A stretch of 31,492 nucleotides of DNA from positions 1 to 31,492 of the IMG/VR virus record IMGVR_UViG_3300020414_002934, one strand, 5' to 3'. The position numbers and the translations under genes were made by a program. Shown piece by piece: positions 1-7,997 of this stretch. The stretch is from a virus (Duplodnaviria; Caudoviricetes). The first letter of the stretch is position 1, and every line of letters starts with the position of its first letter. Under the pieces are notes generated by a model. The model worked only from the letters and a program-made list of their open reading frames with translations, was not told the DNA's origin and did no database searches.

Positions 1-2018
1 ACGGCACCTTGTAACATTGTACCTTGAGCGGCATTCATTAATTGTTGAAGTGAGTCAACTGCTATTTGGAAGTCTTGACCTCCATTAGCTAAACCTCTAA
101 TTCTTGTACCAGAGGACATAAGACCTTCACCAATAACACCACCATAAAGTGCTGTTTCTAGATTTGGCATACCCTCTGCTAATTGAGCTGTAAAATTCTT
201 TAGCTGATAACCAAGACCCTGTTGCATTCTTATTTTGCCAAGTCTTTCAAGATCATCTAGTATTATATTTAAACCTTTCATTGAGTCAGGATCGATACCT
301 TTTAGTGGCTCAAGAGCTTCTACCATTTTTTCGATTCTACTCTTTTCTTTAGAACTACCACCGTCATCTCCAAAGCCAAATATATTCTTAACAAACCCAG
401 CAATATCACTAGCTGTTTCAGATAGTTTACCCATCATCTCACCGCCAAAAAACTTTGAAATTCCTTCACCAATATCTGGTAAAACTTTAGCTGCACCAGC
501 AAGTTTATCACCATCGATTTTTTCAAGAGGTTTAATACCATCAATCATATTAGTAACTAGTGTTTTAGTAGCAGAACCATCGGCTCCCAAGATACCACCA
601 AGTTTAGCCATACCATCAAATGCTACAAAGAAGGCTGCAATAGCGGCTCCAATAACACCCATACCAAGTGCAACTTTACCTCCAATCATTAGACCACCAG
701 GAGCCGCTCCAAAGACAGCACCAGTAGCAAGTAATCCACCAAGAGCAGTTAATGATCTTTCATCAAGTGCTCCAACTGCCTCAGCAAAATTCTTAACTAG
801 ATTTACTATAGAACCACCATCACCTACATTTGCTGCTACAAAGTCTGCCGCGGCAAATCCAGTAAAGAAAGCCGCAATACCAAGAGATAGTGCACCAATA
901 CCAAATACCATTTCACCTTGTTTCTTTTTAGATGTTACCTTACCAAAAATAGAACCTGCACCAAGAAGAAGTCCAAGAGCCACAGTAGACTTAGTTGTTA
1001 GGTTTCCAATAGCATCATCAAATCCTTTAGTTGCTTTTGCAATATTACTAAAGTCGGCATTTAACCAACCCATAGCCGCATCACCTACAGCCAAACCAAT
1101 AAAGAATCCTGAAATACCAGCACCAAAAGCTGCAATACCCTTACTTACATCTGTTGGTTTCTTTCCAACTAGTCCAGAAACTGCACCACTTACAAGTAAT
1201 GCACCAAGAACAGCTTGAGCTTCAGTTGAAAGATTTAGAATTGCATTAGAAAAACCTTTCATGGCTTTTGCTAATGATTCCATGTTTAGGTCTAGCCAGC
1301 CCATATTTGAACCAGCTCCTAAAAGTGCATCACCAATCACAAGACCTGCAAGAAAAGCAGAAATACCTGCGCCAAAGGTTCCAAGCCCTTTTGCTGCTCT
1401 AGTTCCACCAACAACGCTAATGGCCATGATACCAGCAAGTACTTTAAAAGTATCCATAGGAAGAGCCATAACCATATCAGAGAAACCTAAAGCTGCTGCT
1501 TTTAGACTATCATAATTAAAATCAATACCAAATGTTTTCATAAATTCAAGAGCTTTATCACCAGCTAATAGACCACCAAAGAATGCTGGAATAGCTACAC
1601 CCATAGCCACTAGGCCAGCTGCTCCTTTTAATGCAGCTCCAGCAAATGCACCAATTCCAAGTCCAGCAGATAATCCACTAAGAATACCTCCAAGACCTTT
1701 ACCACCACCGGTTTGCTGTTGTTGATTAGTACCGCCAGTCATTCCCTTTGCAATTTTTTCAAGAGCAGCTAATTGTTTTTCAGCAAACTTCCTATCTTCT
1801 CTTCTTTGTTCTATTTGTTGTCCTTCAGTTGGACCAGGAGGTGGAGGAGGAACATCAGCCATTCTTGCAATGTTTTCAGCCAAACCAAAAATAGACTTTT
1901 TCATTTCAAGAAGATGTCTTCTTGAATTTCTAGAATCAGCTACCATAGCTCCTAGTTTATCTTGGGTGCTTGAATTACCTTCTTTTAATTGGGTAATTAG
2001 ATCTGATAGTTCGGCCAT
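1..2018 (-). CDS. Tape-measure / baseplate hub-like protein (gp29-like position), 3'-truncated by the window edge, at least 672 codons
   Basis: Not in the ORF track because it runs off the window. Read by hand from the ATG at 2018: MAELSDLITQLKEGNSSTQDKLGAMVADSRNSRRHLLEMKKSIFGLAENIARM..., then Gly/Ala-rich hydrophobic repeats (AIPAFFGGLLAGD, GISAFLAGLVIGD, GISGFFIGLAVGD, GIAAFFTGFAAAD). No stop was seen down to base 1. GAGGA lies upstream of the ATG, and the gene follows gp26/gp51. Confidence 0.7.
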   Translation of the reverse strand, partial: MAELSDLITQLKEGNSSTQDKLGAMVADSRNSRRHLLEMKKSIFGLAENIARMADVPPPPPGPTEGQQIEQRREDRKFAEKQLAALEKIAKGMTGGTNQQQQTGGGKGLGGILSGLSAGLGIGAFAGAALKGAAGLVAMGVAIPAFFGGLLAGDKALEFMKTFGIDFNYDSLKAAALGFSDMVMALPMDTFKVLAGIMAISVVGGTRAAKGLGTFGAGISAFLAGLVIGDALLGAGSNMGWLDLNMESLAKAMKGFSNAILNLSTEAQAVLGALLVSGAVSGLVGKKPTDVSKGIAAFGAGISGFFIGLAVGDAAMGWLNADFSNIAKATKGFDDAIGNLTTKSTVALGLLLGAGSIFGKVTSKKKQGEMVFGIGALSLGIAAFFTGFAAADFVAANVGDGGSIVNLVKNFAEAVGALDERSLTALGGLLATGAVFGAAPGGLMIGGKVALGMGVIGAAIAAFFVAFDGMAKLGGILGADGSATKTLVTNMIDGIKPLEKIDGDKLAGAAKVLPDIGEGISKFFGGEMMGKLSETASDIAGFVKNIFGFGDDGGSSKEKSRIEKMVEALEPLKGIDPDSMKGLNIILDDLERLGKIRMQQGLGYQLKNFTAQLAEGMPNLETALYGGVIGEGLMSSGTRIRGLANGGQDFQIAVDSLQQLMNAAQGTMLQGA

Positions 2019-2029
2019 AACTTAGTCCT

Positions 2030-2377
2030 CTATTTCTTAGCTGCAATAGCCTCTTTGCCGTAGAATGCTGCCACAATAGCCGCAACTGATACAAAGTAGA
2101 CTGCAGCCATGTCTCCTAGAATTTTTGCTGCTTGATCTAGCCCAATAAGAGTTGCAAGGATAACAAAGGCGGGATATAATAGCATTCCACCTAATGCAAA
2201 CCATGCCATATTTCTTTGGGCATCTTGTTTCTTATCTTCATTTTCCATATCGCTGCGCTTATCAGCCAGCTCAATCATTCTTTCTTCTCTCATCATCTCC
2301 TCATCACTAACAATTCCATCACCATCAACATCTAAATGTGCATATTTAGAATCTATCTCCAACTTTTTTGCCGCCAT
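2030..2377 (-). CDS. Small membrane protein with an N-terminal EF-hand loop and two predicted TM helices
   Basis: DVDGDGIVSDEE matches a canonical EF-hand loop (D1, D3, D5, G6, S9, E12). Hydrophobic segments: WFALGGMLLYPAFVILATLIG and MAAVYFVSVAAIVAAFYG. AGGAG RBS; TAATG coupling to the upstream gene. Confidence 0.75.
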   Translation of the reverse strand: MAAKKLEIDSKYAHLDVDGDGIVSDEEMMREERMIELADKRSDMENEDKKQDAQRNMAWFALGGMLLYPAFVILATLIGLDQAAKILGDMAAVYFVSVAAIVAAFYGKEAIAAKK

Positions 2378-2544
2378 TACCTTCTCCTCGCTGCTGCTTG
2401 TTGTTTTTGCATTTGATCATTTTGTTCTTCAACCCATTGTTGTAACAAAGCTACGTATATATCTCTCTCCCAAGGTAGCATGTTTTCAATTTCAGTCAAA
2501 GAGTAATTATGATGTTGCATCATAGCGAAGTTGGTTCTGAACAT
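2377..2544 (-). CDS. gp51: Baseplate hub assembly catalyst, short gp51-like protein (55 aa, below the ORF-track cutoff)
   Basis: Hand translation: MFRTNFAMMQHHNYSLTEIENMLPWERDIYVALLQQWVEEQNDQMQKQQAAARRR*. The MQHH.YSLTE.ENM.PWER.IYV.LL pattern is typical of short gp51 proteins of marine T4-like phages. Directly follows gp26. Confidence 0.85.
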   Translation of the reverse strand: MFRTNFAMMQHHNYSLTEIENMLPWERDIYVALLQQWVEEQNDQMQKQQAAARRR

Positions 2545-2570
2545 GCTCTCCAGAGTGTTATGGGAGAGAG

Positions 2571-3293
2571 CTACGCGAAAAAATCGTTTAAGCCCTCCAA
2601 CACAACTGAGTTTTCTTTACCACACTTTTCACAAACCCATTTAATTTCTTTTTTCAACTTAGGAAACTTATCAAAAAATGATTGTACAGTTTCAAATTGT
2701 TGTTTACTTAATGATTCAATAAAATCCAAAAGTTCTTTTGGTGTAGAATCTACACTTGGATAAACCTTTTCTTCATCATAAATTGATTCAATAGAGGCAA
2801 CCATCATTCCAAGAACAACATCAATATTTGTCTTGGCATCTAAGCCTTTCATTACCTCTTCCATTCTTCCTACAGTTGGAAATTTAAAACTAATTCCAAC
2901 TTTATCTGTAATGGAAATAGTATCTTGAGCTTTTGGGTCTCCTACTAATTCAACTTCATCTAAATTTACTTCTACAGGTGTTTCATGGCCACATTCATCT
3001 TCTTGACATTTCATCAAAAGAGTAGCTTTTTCACCTACAGATTTTGCTCTGAGTTTTAGAAAAATATATTCTAAATCATACATTGCTAATTGTTTGATGT
3101 CAACTTCGTTAAAAGTACAAACCTTAACAATATCTCTCATTCCATTTGTTATTTGTTGTGCATCACCAGACTCCAAAGCGGTAAGCAAAACTTTTTCCTC
3201 TCGTACTACGAAAGGTCGATACTTAATTTGTTGTCCCGTTGAAGGAATAACAAGATCGTAATTTACAGTATTTAGTTGTGGCAGCGCCATCAT
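2571..3293 (-). CDS. gp26: Baseplate hub subunit / assembly chaperone gp26
   Basis: MALP...Y.L.IPSTG..IKYRPFVVREEK.LL, DLEYIFLKLRAKSVGE, Cys pairs (CQEDEC, CEKC) and C-terminal LEGLNDFF. GGAG RBS. Confidence 0.88.
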   Translation of the reverse strand: MMALPQLNTVNYDLVIPSTGQQIKYRPFVVREEKVLLTALESGDAQQITNGMRDIVKVCTFNEVDIKQLAMYDLEYIFLKLRAKSVGEKATLLMKCQEDECGHETPVEVNLDEVELVGDPKAQDTISITDKVGISFKFPTVGRMEEVMKGLDAKTNIDVVLGMMVASIESIYDEEKVYPSVDSTPKELLDFIESLSKQQFETVQSFFDKFPKLKKEIKWVCEKCGKENSVVLEGLNDFFA

Positions 3294-3307
3294 TCACTCC
3301 TTAGTTA

Positions 3308-3943
3308 TTAAAATAATTTATTGGCAACAATACCAAGCAGTGTACCCGCCAAGCTTGCTCCATCACTCCATTCGTCATATGCCATAGTAACTGTTACTCT
3401 GGATATGGTATTCTCACTTGTATTTGCTAACTCTACAGCCGACACACTTACTGGAAATGCTTTTTGTAGCTTACAAGTATAAATTGGTATATTGTTAGGT
3501 CCCAGTTGTTGAATTGTTACATCTGAAACACAATCGTCTTTATAGCTAACAGTGCCCTTTTCAAAATCAAAAAGCTTTGCTGTCCAATCATCAAAAACCT
3601 GTTTAATATAATAATCACCAGTTAAAAGAAAAGTAAAAGTTACATCATCATTGATATATCCATATTGCTTTTTAATAGCTTTTAATCTTGTTATATGTTC
3701 GGTAGTGGCAATTGTCCGGCCTGGTAAGCTACACGATTCGCAAAGCAATGACATATCCCTTGGATCATTTAGTAGAGACATAGGATTGAATCCATTTCCC
3801 GATGCCAAGTTAGTTAAGATAGCTCCTGGATTGATTGATATAAGTGGCAATGGCATATAGATTGAAAACCTATTTGCTTTAGCAACTCCACCTCTTTTAC
3901 CAAGAGTACCTCGAAGGGTATCAACACTAGCTGGTAATACCAT
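3308..3943 (-). CDS. gp54: Tail tube initiator / baseplate-tail tube junction protein (gp54/gp19 fold)
   Basis: GGVAKANRF, LLCESCSLPGRTIAT, AFPVSVSAVEL and VTVTMAY motifs are typical of gp54/gp19-like proteins. Sits between gp2 and gp26. Confidence 0.65.
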   Translation of the reverse strand: MVLPASVDTLRGTLGKRGGVAKANRFSIYMPLPLISINPGAILTNLASGNGFNPMSLLNDPRDMSLLCESCSLPGRTIATTEHITRLKAIKKQYGYINDDVTFTFLLTGDYYIKQVFDDWTAKLFDFEKGTVSYKDDCVSDVTIQQLGPNNIPIYTCKLQKAFPVSVSAVELANTSENTISRVTVTMAYDEWSDGASLAGTLLGIVANKLF

Positions 3944-4533
3944 TATGCACTCCTTATAGCTCTTCTAGACTCACGATAAACGTTCGTAGCCGTAGACTTT
4001 TTAAATCTTTGTGTTTGCATAAACATCGCAATTTCCCATTCTGCAGGTTGGACTTTTGCAATCCTTGATTCTACATGTTGAGTCAAATAATGTTTAAAGG
4101 CTGGTCTAAACATACGCAACTTTCTAACAGAACTTAATACGCGATATCTTGCTCTAAATCTTGTGGTTTCATCATATCTATCATTTGTTAATTGTAAGCT
4201 ATCAAACAATTTAGCTCTAAGCACCGGCGGCAAATAATGTAAATTCAAACCATAAAAGCCGCCTGGTGCTCTTTCAACCATAATGATAAGGGGAAACGTA
4301 TCATAGTATGGGAGTGTATCTTTATGTTTTGGATCATAGAAAAACATGTACATGTCACCCATACGTGGGCGTGTCACTCTTTCTAATCGTTGATCTTTAA
4401 TTAATTGTTGCCTGTTAATATTACGCATATTGCGCAATTTATCTCTAAACCAGTCCATGGAGTCATCTGTCCGTGGCTGGATTCCAGCTCTAAATGCTTG
4501 TACTTGTAATCTATCAAAAAATGATTCAGCCAT
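3943..4533 (-). CDS. gp2: DNA end protector protein gp2
   Basis: GDMYMFFYDPKHKDTLPYYDTFPL, GFYGLNLHYLPP and FKHYL..HV.S motifs. Confidence 0.92.
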   Translation of the reverse strand: MAESFFDRLQVQAFRAGIQPRTDDSMDWFRDKLRNMRNINRQQLIKDQRLERVTRPRMGDMYMFFYDPKHKDTLPYYDTFPLIIMVERAPGGFYGLNLHYLPPVLRAKLFDSLQLTNDRYDETTRFRARYRVLSSVRKLRMFRPAFKHYLTQHVESRIAKVQPAEWEIAMFMQTQRFKKSTATNVYRESRRAIRSA

Positions 4534-4538
4534 ACTGT

Positions 4539-4546
4539 TATTTATA
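4539..4546 (-). promoter_or_regulatory. T4-type late promoter TATAAATA (gp2 operon)
   Basis: Exact gp55 consensus on the minus strand, in the gp4-gp2 intergenic gap, 5 nt upstream of the gp2 ATG. Confidence 0.75.
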
Positions 4547-4548
4547 CT

Positions 4549-4995
4549 CTATCCACGGAGGATTTTTATACCTAATTTCTTCAAAGTATCTTCATGCCAT
4601 ATTGCAAATTTATATCCTCTTTCAACACACCAGTTATTTGCTGCCTTCCATTTGGATTCATTTTTCATATAGGTCAATACCTCATTCAAATATCTTTTAG
4701 TTTTTCTTTTTGGTTTTGCTGGTGGTACGGTTTGTTTCTTAGGTTTTATTTCAACCAACCATTTTTGTCCTTGCGCATCTTTGAAATAAATATCAACAAA
4801 GTAACGGTGTACTCTTTTATCAGTGGAACAACGATATGGTATTACATACTCTTCAGAGCTCCATTCACTAACACCTGTATTTCCATCAAGGAATCGAAAT
4901 ACAGCACGTTCCCATGATGATCGGTAAACCACTTCTTTGTGGTTTCCCTTGTACTTTCCAATATTTTTTACCTTGTAACGGCCTTTATAAGTCAT
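4549..4995 (-). CDS. gp4: Head completion nuclease gp4 (TnsA-like endonuclease fold)
   Basis: YKGRY..KN..KYKG...VYRSSWE, WSSEE..IPY, HRYFVD, LVEIKPKKQT and N.SKW.AA motifs. Confidence 0.92.
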   Translation of the reverse strand: MTYKGRYKVKNIGKYKGNHKEVVYRSSWERAVFRFLDGNTGVSEWSSEEYVIPYRCSTDKRVHRYFVDIYFKDAQGQKWLVEIKPKKQTVPPAKPKRKTKRYLNEVLTYMKNESKWKAANNWCVERGYKFAIWHEDTLKKLGIKILRG

Positions 4996-5002
4996 ATAAA
5001 TA
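4995..5002 (+). promoter_or_regulatory. T4-type late promoter TATAAATA (gp48-gp53-gp5 operon)
   Basis: Exact consensus about 35 nt upstream of the gp48 ATG, at the divergence point of the two operons. Confidence 0.8.
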
Positions 5003-5036
5003 ACAGTAGATAATTTTAATAGATAGGTTTAAAATC

Positions 5037-6023
5037 ATGGCTCAATTTCGATATCCTGGTAACCTCAGTGAAAAACATCCTGTGCAGACAAGAATATCTA
5101 TACTTAAAAGATTTAATGCTCTTGGACTGGTAAATGAATCAGGTGGATCACTTCAAGTTTTAAAAGGTGGAGCAAAAGCTGCGCAAGAAGTAAAAGAAGG
5201 TGGCGGTGTAACCAATAGTGATGAAGTAATTGGTCAAATTACTCAAACAGGAAGAGACCTTGTAACAAAACAGCTTGTAGATACTAGTGAAGGAACCCTT
5301 GCAACAATATATCTATATGCTCCATCTAGTATTCAGTTTGCAGATGGATTGGCTTATGATAACCAAGAAATGGGTGTAATGGCTGCAGCTTTCTTTGATG
5401 CCGCTGATGCAGCAACTGCTCAAAATAGAGAAATGACAACGTTAGAATCAGTAGCAAATATTGGTGGTGGAGTAATTGCAGGTGCAGTAACTGAAGTAGG
5501 TAAAAGGTCTGGATTTTCTCAACAAGCAAGATTAAGAGCTGGTGTTGCAAGAAATCCAAGAACAGAAATGTTATTTAGAAGTCCAACAATGAGACAATTA
5601 TCTTTATCATGGAAACTCATGCCTACTAATGATCAGGAATCAGAAACTATTTTTGCTATGATTAATAAAATGAGACAACATGCTTATCCTTCTATTGGTA
5701 CTACTGGTAAAAAAATGAACATGGCTTTTCCAGATATATTTCAAGTCGATTTTGTAAATAAAAGCGGTGGTAAAGCTAAAATGATTCAATTTGCAAAAGC
5801 ATATTGTACTGCAATTAATACTACTTATGGTTCTTCTGGTCCAGCTTTTTTCAAAGGTGGTAAACCAGTTGAAATCGATTTGACTATGACATTCCAAGAA
5901 GCAGAAATTCAGACAAGAGAAAGTTTAATGGCCCTTGATGGAGGAGGTCCATCTGGTGGTCCAGCTTCAGCCTCAGCAGGTTCAAGTGGAATAATAGGTG
6001 ATGGATTTGGAGGAGGCGACTAA
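5037..6023 (+). CDS. gp48: Baseplate tail tube cap gp48
   Basis: FRYP N-terminus, IYLYAP, NPRTEMLFRSPTMR..S.SWKL.P....E, FPDIF and PVEIDLTMTFQE. Adjacent to gp53. Confidence 0.8.
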   Translation: MAQFRYPGNLSEKHPVQTRISILKRFNALGLVNESGGSLQVLKGGAKAAQEVKEGGGVTNSDEVIGQITQTGRDLVTKQLVDTSEGTLATIYLYAPSSIQFADGLAYDNQEMGVMAAAFFDAADAATAQNREMTTLESVANIGGGVIAGAVTEVGKRSGFSQQARLRAGVARNPRTEMLFRSPTMRQLSLSWKLMPTNDQESETIFAMINKMRQHAYPSIGTTGKKMNMAFPDIFQVDFVNKSGGKAKMIQFAKAYCTAINTTYGSSGPAFFKGGKPVEIDLTMTFQEAEIQTRESLMALDGGGPSGGPASASAGSSGIIGDGFGGGD

Positions 6024-6733
6024 TGAGATATTTTAAGTACTTTCCAAGAATCGAATATGACCTAGATGCTAATGGTCAAACTAGAACTATTATTGATACA
6101 TTTAGGTTTGCAAAAATTGTAACTGCATTTCAAGATGATATTACTTTTTATAGATTTTATGACATACAAGAAGGTGAAAGACCTGATCATGTATCTATGA
6201 AACTTTATCAGACACCAATTTATTACTGGACATTTTTTGTATGTAATGCAGAAATGAAAAGTTTAGAAGATGATTGGCCTGTACCTTCAAATGATTTAGA
6301 AGATAAACTAAAACACAAATATGTCCATACAATTCTTACAATTAATACTTTTGACTTTTTTAATAAATTTACTGTAGGTGAAACACTTAAAGGTTTGATC
6401 TCTGGTGCTGAAGCAAAGTTTGTATCAAAGTCAAGTGACCTAGGAGTATTAAGAATGTTGAATGTGACTGGCAATTTTACTAATGGTGAAATTGTTCAAG
6501 GACAAACTTCTGGTGATACTGCAACAATAGGTACACAAATAACTGAATTACAATCTCCACATCATTATGAAAAAGATGGGTTCCATGTACCACGTGGAAC
6601 TGCTGGTTCTTCAGAAGTTACTATACTTCAGCATGAAAGAGATAAAAATGACCGTAATAAAAAAATCAAAGTGATTAGACCTCAACTAATTGATGAGGTA
6701 GCTAAACAATTTAGGAGTATTGTAAGTGGCTGA
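6023..6733 (+). CDS. gp53: Baseplate wedge subunit gp53
   Basis: YFKYFP.IEYD, YDIQEGERPDHVS.KLY....YYWTF, DWP and VT..QHE...ND..KKIKVIRP motifs. Confidence 0.88.
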   Translation: MRYFKYFPRIEYDLDANGQTRTIIDTFRFAKIVTAFQDDITFYRFYDIQEGERPDHVSMKLYQTPIYYWTFFVCNAEMKSLEDDWPVPSNDLEDKLKHKYVHTILTINTFDFFNKFTVGETLKGLISGAEAKFVSKSSDLGVLRMLNVTGNFTNGEIVQGQTSGDTATIGTQITELQSPHHYEKDGFHVPRGTAGSSEVTILQHERDKNDRNKKIKVIRPQLIDEVAKQFRSIVSG

Positions 6734-7997
6734 TGATTTTGGTTTACCGTCCACGATTGAATTCAAGGACGTTATATTAACTGGTGACGGTAAGTCTATG
6801 GACGTTACCGACCTGTTTTTTGAAGCTACAATCTATGAAGAACTTGGTGAACCACAACTTCATGGTAAAATGATGTTTGTTGATATGTCTGGTACTCTTA
6901 CTAGATTTGGACTTACTGGCCAGGAAATTATACAGTTTACTGTAAAAAAATTAGATTATGAAAAAACACTTGTCTTTCATCTTACTGAAATCGAAAGCGT
7001 AAATATATCAAACAATGGAGCTACTACATTTGTAGTGGCAATGGTTCAAGATATTGTAGTTCTAAATTCACTTGAGCTAGTATCACAAGCGTATGAAGGT
7101 ACTGTATCAAGTATAATTGAATCAATTTATAATGATTATTTAGGTCTATCACTAAATTATGTAGATGAAACTGCTGGAAACTATAAGTTTGTAATTCCAA
7201 ACTGGAAACCATTTCAAGCAATTAAATGGTTAATGAATAGAGCTATTACTGCTGAAGGTGTTCCATTGGTTATTCATAACACTTGGAGAAATGGTACGTC
7301 TATTATTTCATATGATACTATTTTTAAAAGAAATGCTATGGAAGAATACTTTCCAATGTCTATGCCAGATGAAAAAGCAAGTGCAGAAGGTAACGCATAT
7401 AACTATAGAGGTATTATGCAAAAACCTACAAGTTTCTTTGTTAAAAAACATGGCAATGCACTAGAACAAATGTATTTTGGTACTTATTCTCATAGAAGTT
7501 TGAATATTGATTCAACAAATAAAACAGCAGATCTTTTAGAATATACTGAAGAGTATAATAAAAAACCAAGATTAAATGACTTTTCTCCAGTTAATGAAAA
7601 GAAAACATATAACGGTGAAAATATTTTAAAACAATTTAAAACAAAACAATCAATGGCATATCACCAAGGATATTCTTTTGGAGATGATTTTGAAAGTTAT
7701 AATAGTGATGTGAATTCAATTACTCCTTTTAGAAATAATTATGCACATCTTTTATCAACATACCAATATGATTTAACTGTTCACGGTAGGTTTGATATAA
7801 GTGTTGGATCTATTGTTGAAATTACATTTCCCAATAATAAAATAGCAAATGAGTTGGAACCAGCAGAGGATATAGATAATAAAAGAAGTGGAAGGCATTT
7901 GGTAACTGCAGCTGCACACACTTTTAGAGGAAACAAATATATGATAAACATCGAGTGTTCCACCGATGGATTTGGAGAAGAAGCCAGTGTTGAATAA
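6726..7997 (+). CDS. Baseplate hub protein (gp27-like)
   Basis: Lies between gp53 and gp5. IYE....L.G....D, GQE.I, VIPNWKPFQAI.WL, V.G..DISVG.IV and SGRHLVT motifs are typical of hub/VgrG-N-like proteins. Confidence 0.65.
   Translation: MADDFGLPSTIEFKDVILTGDGKSMDVTDLFFEATIYEELGEPQLHGKMMFVDMSGTLTRFGLTGQEIIQFTVKKLDYEKTLVFHLTEIESVNISNNGATTFVVAMVQDIVVLNSLELVSQAYEGTVSSIIESIYNDYLGLSLNYVDETAGNYKFVIPNWKPFQAIKWLMNRAITAEGVPLVIHNTWRNGTSIISYDTIFKRNAMEEYFPMSMPDEKASAEGNAYNYRGIMQKPTSFFVKKHGNALEQMYFGTYSHRSLNIDSTNKTADLLEYTEEYNKKPRLNDFSPVNEKKTYNGENILKQFKTKQSMAYHQGYSFGDDFESYNSDVNSITPFRNNYAHLLSTYQYDLTVHGRFDISVGSIVEITFPNNKIANELEPAEDIDNKRSGRHLVTAAAHTFRGNKYMINIECSTDGFGEEASVE

Noticed and set aside
235-1515. Plus-strand ORFs of 327 aa and 84 aa, rich in Pro/Ser/Ala
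   Set aside because: Antisense shadows of the Gly/Ala-rich minus-strand tape-measure-like gene; no RBS or family motif.
2509-2763. 84-aa plus-strand ORF
   Set aside because: Antisense to gp26/gp51.
4430-4917. Three short plus-strand ORFs over gp2/gp4
   Set aside because: Antisense to well-supported genes.
4549-4995. gp4 as a mobile endonuclease or IS element, given its TnsA-like fold and inverted flanks
   Set aside because: gp4 is a core T4-like gene in its usual position, and the flanks are explained by late promoters.
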